DNA of 64,000 nucleotides from Octopus sinensis (GCF_006345805.1 NC_043010.1:36952001-37016000); one strand, 5' to 3'. Positions 23,375-35,237 are shown, numbered from the stretch's first letter. Numbers and translations: made by a program. Notes: generated by a model from the sequence alone, not told the origin.

Positions 23375-24904
23375 ATTGCACTTGTTTGTGGACTAAATAT
23401 TTTAAAGAGGTTTGTGTCAATCACTAGATCCCAGGTTCAATCTCATTGTTTGATATATTTAGCGCTAAATGCCTTTTTTACTTTAGCCTCAGGTCAACTC
23501 AAACCTAGTGAGTGAAACTGGGTAGACGGGAACTGGGTAGAAACCCATCAGAGGGAAAATAATGTTTATTTTTGTATACTTCCACTTTATTTATATTTGA
23601 AAAGTTTCCTCATACTTTTTTGAATTGCGAAATCTTTGATCAGATCCTCAAAATTAATCATAGGTAACACAGCTGCATCTATACTTAGTTGAGATAAAGG
23701 CATACCGAATATTATTTTAGCAGGTTTAAAGTGATTTCGTTTGTGCTGTAAACCATCTACCACTTCTGTGGTGCCTATCCCTCTCCCCTTGATGCCCTAA
23801 GCACATGCTTATTTTGCTTAATGGTTAATCTAGTGCTGTGTCCATAGCAGAGACACTACTTAATGACTCAGTTTAGTTGTAAATTGGAACTACAAGTAAT
23901 AATAGCTTACTGCTGTTAGTAGCAAAAGAACTGTCCTGACACAGTTACTACTGATTACATTAACATTCCTTTCTCTAAAACTAGATTCTGTAAATTATTT
24001 CTCTACCCACTCTTTATATCTCCAGGAGGTAATTCATCAGTCACTTAGCACTAGCAGGACAAGCTATGCTACTAATGACAATTTTTATCATAAAAGATAA
24101 AATGATTCAGTGAAAACAACAGAAGAAACATTATATCTATTTTGAGGTGTTGGAATGTGGAGTTGTCCTATGGTGTGTGCAATCAGTATCACAGTTACCT
24201 GACAAGCAACAGGTGCACAGTTCAATTTTCATCAGTGACTCTGCTGTTTCTTGTTACTGTTTTTCTGCCTCAAATTGGTTATTTCATAAAGCTTAGTTTA
24301 ATTTACATTAAAATCTTAGCATTTAATTAATTTTTATTGTAGGCAAGCTATTGCTATTGCACCGATTATCAGTTTTATACGAAGGAGAGACCAAGGAGCT
24401 ATATTCTTTTACTTGTTTCAGTCATTTGGCTACAGCCATGCTGGAGCACCTCCTTAAATATATTGATTTTCTTTTTCTTTGTGTGCACCTTGTCTTAGAA
24501 GTGTAACTTCTTTTTTTTTTTTTATTCTAATACAAGAACAGTTTGTGTTTTGCTGTATTGTAGAGCAGGTACATTACTGTGAAATATTTTATCTAACTTT
24601 GTCCAGGACAATAGAGAAATGCAAAAACTTGAACTCAAAACAGCCTGCTACCTGACTGTTGTACTGCTTCCTACCAAAGCAAAGTTCACCTTAGAGGATA
24701 GGCCTAAACTATTGTGTGGTTTAATACCACCACACTCTGTTAAGTCTTTGTACCAGATCCCACCTGACTATGTTTTCTTAGCAGTCATTGACCCATAGGC
24801 CTTTCTTCTTAGGGAGATCACCTAAACTTCACCTGTCACCGAAAGCCTCCACCCAATACTCTGCTCTGTTAACTACCTTAAACAATTTTTCTTCTTTTTT
24901 TTCT

Positions 24905-25097
24905 TTAACCTTTTAGCATTCAGATTACTCTGTCAGAAGTAATGCTTATTTAATCACATTGTTTTGAATTAACCATGCATTATCTTGTAATTCCCTTATT
25001 TTTTGAAACAACATTGTAAATTAAGTGTGAGAGGCCAGATCTGGCCAGGGTTATCATAAAACTGGTAGAATATTTGAGCCAGATGCCAAAGGGTTAA
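24905..25097 (-). mobile_element. piggyBac-type MITE (P1), reversed
   Basis: TTAA-CCTTTTAGCA ... AAAGGG-TTAA. Confidence 0.8.
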
Positions 25098-25139
25098 AGA
25101 TTTATCTCTATCACATTCCATTAGTATTTATAAACAATA

Positions 25140-25540
25140 GGCGCAGGAGTGGCTGTGTGGTAAGTAGCTTGCTAACCAACCACATGGTTCCAGGTTCAAT
25201 CCCACTGCGTGGCACCTTGGGCAAGTGTCTTCTACTATAGCCACGGGCCGACCAATGCCTTGTGAGTGGATTTGGTAGACGGAAACTGAAAGAAGCCCGT
25301 CGTATATGTATATATATATATGTTTGTGTGTCTGTGTTTGTCCCCCTAGCATTGCTTGACAACTGATGCTGGTGTGTTTACATCCCCGTTACTTAGCGGT
25401 TCGGCAAAAGAGACCGATAGAATAAGTACTGGGCTTACAAAGAATAAGTCCCGGGGTCGATTTGCTCGACTAAAAGGCGGTGCTCCAGCATAGCCACAGT
25501 CAAATGACTGAAACAAGTAAAAGAGAAAAGAGTAAAAGAG
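25140..25540 (+). mobile_element. SINE family A (young, full length)
   Basis: Near-consensus GGCGCAGGAGTGGCTGTGTGGTAAGTAGCTTGC ... (AAAGAG)n tail. Confidence 0.92.
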
Positions 25541-26349
25541 AATTATAATGTTTGTAGAAATGAAAGACAATGAACAAGAAAGTTCATAGATGGTTAATAA
25601 AATTGAATTTAGCGTTTTGCATAAATTCTAATTATGATCTTTTAGTCTCTCTGCCACACTCCCTCATATCCCACCTGCAGGATATGAAAAAAGAATAAAT
25701 ATAGGTCAGGAACCATTAGCTTGGTAATCCAATAATGCAGAAGTCTTCAAAATAGAATGGTATTTGAAATACAGTATGGTGTGTAATGTGTATTTAATCT
25801 ATGGGTGGTTTTTCTGTTTTTGATTTTTCCATGTGCATTTTTAAAAATAAATAATTGAATTTCTTTTCATGTATTTATTAATTAAATACTTTTTAACTGA
25901 AAGTAATTATCAAATTTTCCAATCAACATGATTCTGCTTGTTTTGTTTTTTTTGTGGGTAGGGATGATTTTTTTTCTTTCATTTTTTTATATGTAGATGT
26001 AAGCGCTGATGTAAAATGGAAATATAATCAGCATTTTCATCTGTAAAAACTGAGTATTTTACATAGAATTCAGCAAGCAGCTTCTTGTTACATAGGAGCT
26101 CTCTCTCTCTTTCACTTTTCCTTTTTCTCTCTCACTTTACCTCTTTCTCTGTGTTCTTTTCATTTGCTTTTTCTTATTCTTCTGTCTGTCTCTCAGTCTA
26201 TTTTTCTCTGTGACTTCACAAGCTTTTCTTTCATTTGGTTATGAAATAATTAACACCCCTCACTTACAGTGCATATTCTAACAGAAGAAACTCTGTTATT
26301 ACTCTCCAGTCTTTAACTGCAACATAAAAAGAACCTAAGAGCACTCTTA

Positions 26350-27370
26350 CCGATGTCATGTGAATAGCACCCATGCAGGTGTCACATGCAGAGCACCCAT
26401 GCTGGTATCATGTGAAGAGAAAATCACCCCTGGTAGTGTCATGTGAAGAACACCCATGCCGGTGTCACATTAACAGCACCTGTGCCAGTGTCACATTAAC
26501 AGCACCTGTGCCAGTGTCACATTAACAGCACCTGTGTCAGTGTCACATTAACAGCACCTGTACCGGTGTCACATTAACAGCACCTGTGCCGGTGTCATGT
26601 GAATAGCATCCATGCAGGTGTCACATGCAGAGCACCCATGCTGGTATCACATTAACAGCACCTGTGCCGGTGTCATGTGAATAGCATCCATGCAGGTGTC
26701 ACATGCAGAGCACCCATGCTGGTATCATCGAAGAGAAAATCCCCCCTGCTAGTGTCATCTGAAGAACACTCATGCCGGTGTCACATTAACAGCACCTGTG
26801 CTGGTGTCATGTGAATAGCACCCATGCCAGTGTCATGTGAAGAGTGCCCATGCCGGTGTCGCATGAAGAGCGCCTGTGCCAGTGTCACATGAACAGTGCC
26901 CATGCTGGTGTCACGTGAAAAGTGCCCATGCTGGTGTCACGTGAAGAGCAGCCATGCCAGTGTCACATGAAGAGCAGCCGTGCCAGTGTCACATAAAGAG
27001 TGCCCATGCTGGTGTCACGTGAAAAGTGCCCATGCTGGTATCACGTGAAGAGCAGCTGTGCCAGTGTCACATAAAGAGTGGCCGTGCCGGTGTCACATGA
27101 AGAGTGCCCATGCTAGTGTCACGTGAAGTGCACCCATGCCAATGTCACATGAAGAGCCCCCATGCCGATGTCACATGAAGAGCACCCATGTTGGTATCAC
27201 ATAAAAAGCACCCATACTAGTGCCAGTATCATTAAAGAGCACCTGTGCCAATACCATTAAAGACACCAATGCCAAATCCCCATAGAAAGCACCCATGCCA
27301 GTGCCAAATAAGGAGCACCTTTGCCAGTGCCATGTATAAAGTACCCATGTTGGTGCCATGCAAAAAGTAC
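26350..27370 (+). repeat. ~26-bp minisatellite (~39 units) with higher-order blocks, fused to an RTE tail
   Basis: Unit GTGTCACAT(T/G)AA(C/G)AGCACC(T/C)(G/A)TGCC(A/G); continues into the RTE tail at 27370-27515. Confidence 0.9.
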
Positions 27371-27738
27371 CCAGTACACTTTGTAAAGTGGTTGGTGTTA
27401 GGAAGGGTATCTAGCCATAGAACCATGCCAAAAAAATAATTAGAAGGCTGGCCAGCTCCTGCCAAACCATCCAACCTACGCTACATGCAAAATGGACATT
27501 AAATGATGATGATGAAGAAAGTTATAGATAAAATTAATAGAATGTTGCTGATGCAACACTGTGCAAGTGAATCCAGCCTTCAGTGGTAGACCTTACCTAC
27601 CATCCAGTCTAACATCCACCACTTAGCACTTTAGATGACTTTAGTAGTGCTCACTTAGTTCTGAGCATTCAAACCACCATCTGCCCCATTGGTGTCCATG
27701 GTTTCCCTGTAAATATTCAAGCTGGACATTAGCCACAT

Positions 27739-28069
27739 CAGTTCTATATTTAAGAGATGAGGAATTATGTACATTATTTATATTTGACGGATATTTAACC
27801 ACTATGCCATATGCCCATGGGCATATGGCATAGTGGTTAAGAGCACGGGCTACTAACCCCACGATTCCGAGTTCAATTCCAAGCAGTGACCTGAACAATT
27901 ATAATAATAATAATAATAATAATAACATTGAAAAATACCGTATGAATGAGAACCCAGGTTCGAAATTTCCCCAAGACACCTGAAGAAGGCTGGAGGGTAT
28001 ATCAGCCAAAACGTTGGGTTAACAACAAAGATGAGGACAAATATCTGTTGAATGTAAATAATGTAAATA
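27739..28069 (+). mobile_element. tRNA-headed SINE with Penelope-type hammerhead tail and 5' inverted duplication
   Basis: A-box TGGCATAGTGG, B-box GAGTTCAATTCC, (TAA)n, CTGAAGA-A-GGCTG/CAGCC-AAAAC-GTT; TSD ATTAGCCACATCAGT at 27728-27742 and 28070-28084. Confidence 0.75.
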
Positions 28070-28707
28070 ATTAGCCACATCAGTATCTCCAGTTTACAAA
28101 AATCATGGGCAGTGTCCCTCCTTCTTTCCGTGTCAGGTTTTTTTGCTGATTCTAATGTCCTACAACATCTTTCTCTTCTAACTACAATTTGCAAACCCAA
28201 CCATGTATTGAATAAATATATTTTCTCATCATTCTTATCTTCCAATGAATGATGCCTTCATAATGATGTTGCAGTGTTAATAGCAATAATTTATTGGGAA
28301 TTTTTTGTTTTCGTTTAATTTTTCTATTGCATGTGATGCAAGCATGGTTGTGTTGTTAAGAAGCTTGCTTTTTAACCATGGGGTGTCAGGTTTTGTCCCA
28401 TTGTGAAGCACCTTGGGCAAGTGTTTTCTACTATAGAGCTGGAACAACCAAGGATTTGAGAGTGAATTTGGTAGGTGGGAACTTGATAGAAGCTCGTTGT
28501 ATATGTTTGTATGTGTATATGTATAGGAAGGAAGTGTCTCCTTGTCTTGTCATCACATGATGGCTATTGTATTCAGAAAATTCATCATAAAAAATTTTCC
28601 TGTGTAGGAAAATTCAACATCAGCATTTTTAAAAATAAAACAAAAAAAGACTGATAAATGGTTTTATTAAAGCATTAACTAGGCAAGCCTTTATTCAACA
28701 TCAAACA

Positions 28708-29375
28708 TTAATCCTTTAGCATTTAAGCTGGCCAGAATATTCCATTTGTTTTATGTATAAACTGGCCAGATCTGGCCTCTCACAACTACTCTGCAATGTC
28801 ATTCTAAAAATAAACAGTCACCTCATTGAAATATCAAAGCTACAAGATAATACATGACTAATTCAAAACAATGTGAATAAATAAGCATTACTTCAAACAG
28901 AATGTGAACACTAAAGGATTAAAAAAACATAAGTTTATTTAACCCTTTAACATTTGGATTAGCCTTTCAAATGTAATGCATATTTATTTGCATTATTTAA
29001 AATTGTGCATTATCTTGTAACTGTGAGATTTCAATAATTTGACTCTTTATTTTTAGAAAGACTTTGTAGGAGTAAGAGGCAGGATTTGGCTAGTTTGAAC
29101 CTAAAACTGGTAAAATCTTAGCCAGATATAGATAGCTTAACCCTTTCATTACCAACCTGGCCGAAACCGGCTGTGACTCTGTAGTACAAATGTCTTGTTT
29201 TCATAAGTTTTGAATTAAAATCTTCCACCAAACCTTAGTCCCAATTTATGTTCCCAACACTAGCTTAATGATGACTAAGTTATTTTACTGAATTCTTTGT
29301 TATATTTAAAATAATTGAAAGAAACACAGAGCATCTCAAAATAAATAGGGTAACGAAAGGGTTGCTAAAAGGTTA
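28708..29375. mobile_element. cluster of three piggyBac-type MITEs (P1, reversed P1, nested P2)
   Basis: P1 28708-28922; reversed P1 28939-29375; P2 TTAA-CCCTTTCATTACC...GTAACGAAAGGG-TT at 29137-29362. Confidence 0.8.
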
Positions 29376-29587
29376 AAGTGAAATCCTATGATCAGTGGTT
29401 GTAAATGAGCATCGTTCATTTCCAGTCTTCTGAGAAACACATGTCTTGCCATGAGGTAATATTACTTTGCTTGGAAGCCAGCGAGGCTTGGTGACAAATA
29501 GAGCATATGACCTTAGAAAATCTGCTTCTGTGAATTCCGTCTGATTCGTGCAAGCAAAGAAAAGTGGACATTAAAATAATGATGCCG

Positions 29588-29978
29588 CATAGGAGTAGCT
29601 GTGTGGTAAGTAACTTGTTTACCAACCACATGGTTCCGGGTTCAGTCCCATTGCGTGACACCTTGGGTAAGTGTCTTCTACTATAGCCTTGGGCCAACCA
29701 AAGCCTTCTGAGTGGATTTGGTAGATGAAAACTGAAAGAAGCCCATTGTATATATGTAAATGTGTGTGTTTGTGTTTGTGTGTCTGTGTTTGCCTCCCTC
29801 GCCATCACTTGACAACCGATGCTGGTGTGTTTACATCCCCATAACTTAGCGGTTCAGCAAAAGAGACCGATAGAATAAGTACTGGGCTTACAAAGAATAA
29901 GTCCTGGGGTCGATTTGCTCAACTAAAGGCGGTACTCCAGCATGGCTGCAGTCAAATGACTCAAACAAGTAAAAGAAT
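29588..29978 (+). mobile_element. SINE family A
   Basis: Full-length head, spacer and tail. Confidence 0.9.
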
Positions 29979-31351
29979 ATGTCACAGTTAGGAAAATCTT
30001 TCATGTAATTTCATTGCAATACACCAATACAACAATACGAACACTACTTACCTAAAACCTAAAAAATAGTGACTAGGCAACTACTTGGAAAATGTAAAGA
30101 CCAAATGAAGGAGTGCTTCTGTGTTTCTTTGTTATATGCAAAGACATTGCATTGCTCATTTGGTACCAATTTTTTTTTTTTTTATGCTAATACACTAGTT
30201 TCTGATGCCAAACATTTCAAGTATTCCTATAATCCTGCTAATGTAGTTTATTTCATGATGATGATAAATTTGCAGGGAAAAGGTTTGGTACCAGACTAAA
30301 TGCTTTACCGTATCTGATTCCCTTTCTACCTCCTTTCTTTTCTTTCCTTTGTACCCTTCCTGTCTTCCTTTCTTTTCTGCATTCCTCTTTCTAATCCTGC
30401 TGAGGTTGACTTTGAATTTTAAACCTTCTGCACAAATGTAGTCAGTCATTGAAATAAGTATCAAGTAACAGACAGGATTTATTTTAAGAATTAATTGAAT
30501 TCATTATAAAAAGAATTACAAAAAATACTTTTATTTTTTTTTTTTAAGAATTATCTCCCCTAAACTTACTGTAACGTTACGCTTCTTTCTCCTTGTACTA
30601 CCTCTAAATGCTGATAATGTATGTAAAAACAAACAAACATAATTTAATGCCACTTCTTTTATAATCGTAATTATCATTGTTTCTTTGTATTACTTTAAGC
30701 TGTAGAAAATGACACTACTTCTGTCTATCTATCAGTGAACTTTCTTTCCTTGGAGTTAAAAAATTTCAACTATCATTTTTTTTTTTTTAATTTTATTTTA
30801 CTGGATTTAAACTGTTTAATCTGCCACTTCTTTCCTACCATCTCTTTTGGAAAATATCTAAGTTAATGAGAAAAGATTGAAAGCAAAAAAAAAAATTTTT
30901 TTTCTTTATTTTAAGAATTAAATTAATTCATTAAAAAAATATTTACTTAAAAAAAAAAATTTATCTCCCTTAAGCGCTAAACTATGATGTTATATTCCGT
31001 TGTGTTTGAAGTTTATAATTGATGAATATCAAACAATGAAATTGTTACATCATGACAGACTGGATTTGCTTGTGCTACATTTCCATGTCCTCCACAAGAA
31101 CTTCTTTATAAATTTCAACTGGCCATTTTCATTTATTCATTGGAATTGTCTGAATATTTTGCAAGTGAGAGGTCAACATTCACAATCAATTTTATTTTAC
31201 AGTTTTTATATTTTAGTTAACAAAGGTTTTTTTTTTTTTTAGTATTTAAATTTTTAACTTTAATGTTTTCCTTTACTGCTTCATACATTAAAGCAGATAG
31301 GAATGTGAAACTGCTGTATCTAGACATAAATATAATGCAGACATATAACAC

Positions 31352-31745
31352 AGGTATGGCTGCATGGTAAAAAGTTTGCAAGTTTGCTTCCCATCCACGT
31401 GGTTCCAGGTTCAGTCCCACTGTATGGCACCTTGGGCATGTGTCTTCAACTATGGCCTTGGGCCAACTAAATTCTTTTGAGTGGATTTGGTAGGCAGAAA
31501 CTGAAAGAAGCCCATCATGTGTATGCATGTATGTGTGTGTCTGTGTTTCCCTCCCACCACCACTTGACAACTGCTGTTGGTGTGTTTACATCCCCATAAC
31601 TTAGCAATTTGGCAATAGAGACTGATAGAATAAGTACCAGGGTTTAATAAACGTAAATACTGAGGTCAATTCAGCTAAAATTTCTTCAAGACAGTACCCC
31701 AGCATCACCACCGCCTAATGACTGAAACCATTAAAAGATAAAAGA
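31352..31745 (+). mobile_element. SINE family A (diverged)
   Basis: Head and tail motifs. Confidence 0.8.
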
Positions 31746-31980
31746 TATCTGTTTGTAACTTGATGTAAGCTTGCTTCAGAGTTCCAAGATTCTGGGCTTG
31801 AGCAAGTGTCTTATTTCACAGCTTAAGTGAAGCCTTTTTATGTGACAAAACCATGTGTAAAGCCATCAGATTGAATGTATCTATTCTTGTGTAATACATG
31901 TAATTCATGGCTTGGTTTAACAGTACCACCTGATTCTTTGGTACCTTTTGTGGAGATTAGGAATTAAAGAAAACTCTCAC

Positions 31981-32221
31981 TTTCTTTTGTGAAGCAAATA
32001 TTGATCAGCTGCTCCTTTAATTGCTCTTGAACAAGTTTCTCAAACTTGCAAAGAGAATCCATAATGACACAGTTGTGCTATAATTCCTTCTCAGACTGAG
32101 CTTTGTCCATATTCAGAATTCTCTTGTTGGAGACAATTTTGGCAAACTGTCTCCATTTGTGAAATTCTTGATCAATGTGTGTGTGTGATGTTGATGTTAG
32201 TGCTGCCAAATGGTTCCAAAA
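31981..32221 (-). other. coding-like frame with one internal TAG (unidentified pseudo-exon or relic)
   Basis: FWNHLAALTSTSHTHIDQEFHKWRQFAKIVSNKRILNMDKAQSEKEL*HNCVIMDSLCKFEKLVQEQLKEQLINICFTKE then GTGAGA; no family recognised. Confidence 0.25.
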
Positions 32222-32244
32222 CTACTCTGAGTATTATTTTTTTC

Positions 32245-32584
32245 TTGGAGCACCACCTTTAGTCAAACAAATCAAGCCCAGGAATTATTCTTTGTAAGCC
32301 TAGTACTTATTCAATCAGTCGTTTTTGATGAGCTATTAGGTTACAGGGATGTAAACACATCAACATTGGTTGTCAAGTGATGGTGAGGGGACAAACCCAG
32401 ACATACAAACATATACATATATATGTATATAGATGATGGGCTTCTTTTAGTTTCTGTCTACCAAATCCACTCACCAGGCTTTGGTCAGCCCAAGACTATA
32501 GTAGACACATGTACAAGGTAAGACTGAACCTGGAGCCATGTGGTTAGTAAGCAAACTTCTTACCACACAGCCACACCTGCACCT
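32245..32584 (-). mobile_element. SINE family A
   Basis: Reverse-oriented, slightly 3'-truncated. Confidence 0.85.
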
Positions 32585-32609
32585 AATATTAATATTAATA
32601 ATAATATTA

Positions 32610-33010
32610 GTTTCAAATTTTGGCATGAAGTCAGCAATTTTTGGAGAAGTAGGTAAGGTGATAACATCGGCCCCAGTGTTTAACTAGTACTTATTTTATT
32701 AACCACAAAACAATAAAAAGGTAAAGTTAACTTCAGCGGAATTTGAACTCAAAATATGAAGACAGACAAAATGCTGCTAAGTGTTCTGCTTGGCATGACA
32801 CCAATTCTGTCAGCTCACTGACTTGATTTTAATAATAATATTGGTTTCCAATTTTGGCACAACGCTAGCAATTTTGTGAGGTAGGATAAATTGATTACAT
32901 CAAGATCTCTACTGTTACTTATTTTATTGACCTCAAAAGGATGAAAGGCAAAGTCAACCTTGGCAGAATTTGAATTCAGAATGTAGAGACAGACGAAATG
33001 TCACTGAGCA
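32610..33010 (-). mobile_element. two adjacent degraded family B SINEs
   Basis: Two copies of TTTGGCA...TACTTATTTTATT...AAAGT(T/C)AAC...GGAATTTGAA(C/T)TCA. Confidence 0.7.
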
Positions 33011-33786
33011 CAGATGTGCCATTTCCTTGTATTCAGTGAAACTTGTCATTGTTTTTGACGACACGAACACACTAGTAGATTTCATGATGATGGTTATAAG
33101 TAGTTATGATTTTTTTCTTTTAACAATTTCACATGAACTTAAGATAGAAATAAATCATTGCTTTGAAATCCATCGATATATATATCCACGTACTTTCTCC
33201 ACCACCACTCCTCATCTAACTATGAGACTTGTTAAATTTTGATTTTTCAAGGTGAATTCATCATCTCACTTTGACCTTCATTCCATTGCTTTTTCTAATC
33301 TACTACCACCACAACTACTAAATCATTATCACATCATCACTCTCACCGTCACCTTTAAGTGTTTCAATATTCGTTAGGGTTTGTTTTGTTTTTAATTTTT
33401 TTGTCTCTTTTTTTTTCTTTCTTTTTGTGTTGTTTTTCGTCTGAATTTTTATTTAAAATTTCACCAATTTTTATTGAAATTTTTTACAATTTTTATTAGA
33501 AAAATTTTCACAATTTAATCGCAATTCACAATTTTAAAATAGATTTCTGCTTATTGATCTTCTCAAGATGTTTCGAAAGGATGTTTTTTTTTTACCTATT
33601 CTTTTAAATTCTTTTTTTCCATTTCTTTTTACATTACAATTTGTTTTCTTCTTTCAGTGTTATCTATGTCTATCTATCATTTTCTGTGAATGTCATAATA
33701 GTAATACTGGTGACCACCACTAAGTAATTTTTTGCAAGTGGTGGTGGGTGTGGTTATATTAGTGTTGTGGTGGTGATCAGTCCTTA

Positions 33787-34245
33787 TTTACCCTTTAGCA
33801 ATTAAACCAGCCATATCTGGCCAAAATAAATCTACCTATTTTATCTTGAAAGTGGCCAGATCCGACCTCTCACACTTATCCTACAATGCCATTAAAAAAA
33901 ATAAACAATCACACCATTGAAATCTCAAAGCCATTAGATAATGCAAGATTAATTCAAATCAGTCTGAATAAATATCTATACCTTACATTTAACAGAGAAA
34001 TCTGAATGATTAACCCTTTAGCATTTAAACCGGCCATATCCGGCCAAAAGTATTCTGTCTGTTTTATGTTCAAAATGGCCAGATCTGGTCTATCACACCA
34101 ACCCTACAATATCGTTTTAAAAATTAACAGCTACCTCATCAGAATCTCATAGCTACAAGATAATGCATGATTAGTTCAAAACAATGTAGATGAAAAGGCA
34201 TTAATTTTGGTAGAATAATGCGAACACTAAAGGGTTAAGGGTTAA
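33787..34245 (+). mobile_element. piggyBac MITE P1 nested in another P1
   Basis: Outer copy from 33787; inner TTAA-bounded copy 34010-34238; extra GGGTTAA end at 34239-34245. Confidence 0.8.
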
Positions 34246-34428
34246 GTAGATTTAGGGCAGATAAAAGTTAGCCAAATAACAAGGCACAACCCACAGATCA
34301 TCTTTTCATTTAAAGCATCTCTCCATGCAGCTAAGGAACCTACTGCACAATTTGACATGCTTTGATGAATAGTAATGGGATGCAGTGCAACTGTTTGCAC
34401 ATATTGCACTGTCTCCTTTCCATTCTAG

Positions 34429-34476
34429 TTGTGCGCTGAGATTCTTGCAGCAACTGCAATTGATGCAGCAGATAAG
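34429..34476 (+). CDS. candidate 48-nt exon of an unidentified host gene
   Basis: CTCCTTTCCATTCTAG| ... AAG|GTAAAC; phase-0 peptide LCAEILAATAIDAADK; no homology support. Confidence 0.3.
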
Positions 34477-35084
34477 GTAAACTCATTTAGAGCCCCGTAG
34501 TTAGTTTTTGTCTGATTATTATTGAAAGCCTGCATCATAGGACAGTATTTGCAATCAGGGATGCCATTAGATGTTGAAGTTATTTTTGTATGTTTTTCTG
34601 GGGTCTTTTTTATATATATACACCTGTGCTTGTCCCTCTCTCACCCTTTAGACTCTCAAAACCATCACCCACTCCACTGCTTAAGTACTCTCCCTCCCCT
34701 TTTAGTTGTAGGGACTTCTTGTTCCCCTTTCTTTTTTGTTTTTCAAGTTATTTGGTGCCAGGAGCATAAGAAAAATACCCTGGACACTGTAAAGAAGTTG
34801 GCATCAGGAAGGGTACCCAGCCATAAAAACCATGACGAAGCTGATGTTAGAGCCTGGAAAACAGATGTTAAATGATGATGATGGGGATATATATATATAC
34901 CTATTTTTTCTGTGCCATTTTAGAATCTACTATAATACTCTTGTGTTTTTCTCCGTCACAACATATGAATGAGAAAGGAAGGGGTGATAAATGAATAAAG
35001 AAGGAAGGGGTGATGGCAAACTGGTGGTATGGTGAATATTCAACGCTAAAAAGAAAAATTAAAATTTCTGTGTGTATACATATA

Positions 35085-35237
35085 TTCTTTTATTCTTTTA
35101 GACATTTGACTGCGGCCATACTGGAGTGCTGTCAGGACTTATTCTTTGTAAACCTAGTACTTATTCTGTCAGCCAATTTTGCCGAACTGCTAAGTTATGG
35201 AAATGTAAACACACCAACAGTAGTTGTCAAGGGACAA

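Noticed and set aside
24607-24798. 63-codon open frame after TTTGTCCAG (DNREMQKLELKTAC...)
   Set aside because: No credible donor before the stop and no recognisable homology.
25681-25704. + strand 24-nt exon-like segment after a strong pyrimidine tract
   Set aside because: The donor GTCAGG is only moderate and there is no other support.
26350-27370. Possible CRISPR-like array
   Set aside because: Contiguous tandem units without unique spacers, in a eukaryotic context; it is a minisatellite.
27818-27892. Possible tRNA gene
   Set aside because: It has A/B boxes but I could not build a full cloverleaf or find an oligo-T terminator; it is a SINE head. The same holds for family A, B and D heads.
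30481-30990. Similar ~90-bp segments at 30481 and 30909
   Set aside because: Very AT-rich and low-complexity, and the flanks do not align; not a convincing duplication.
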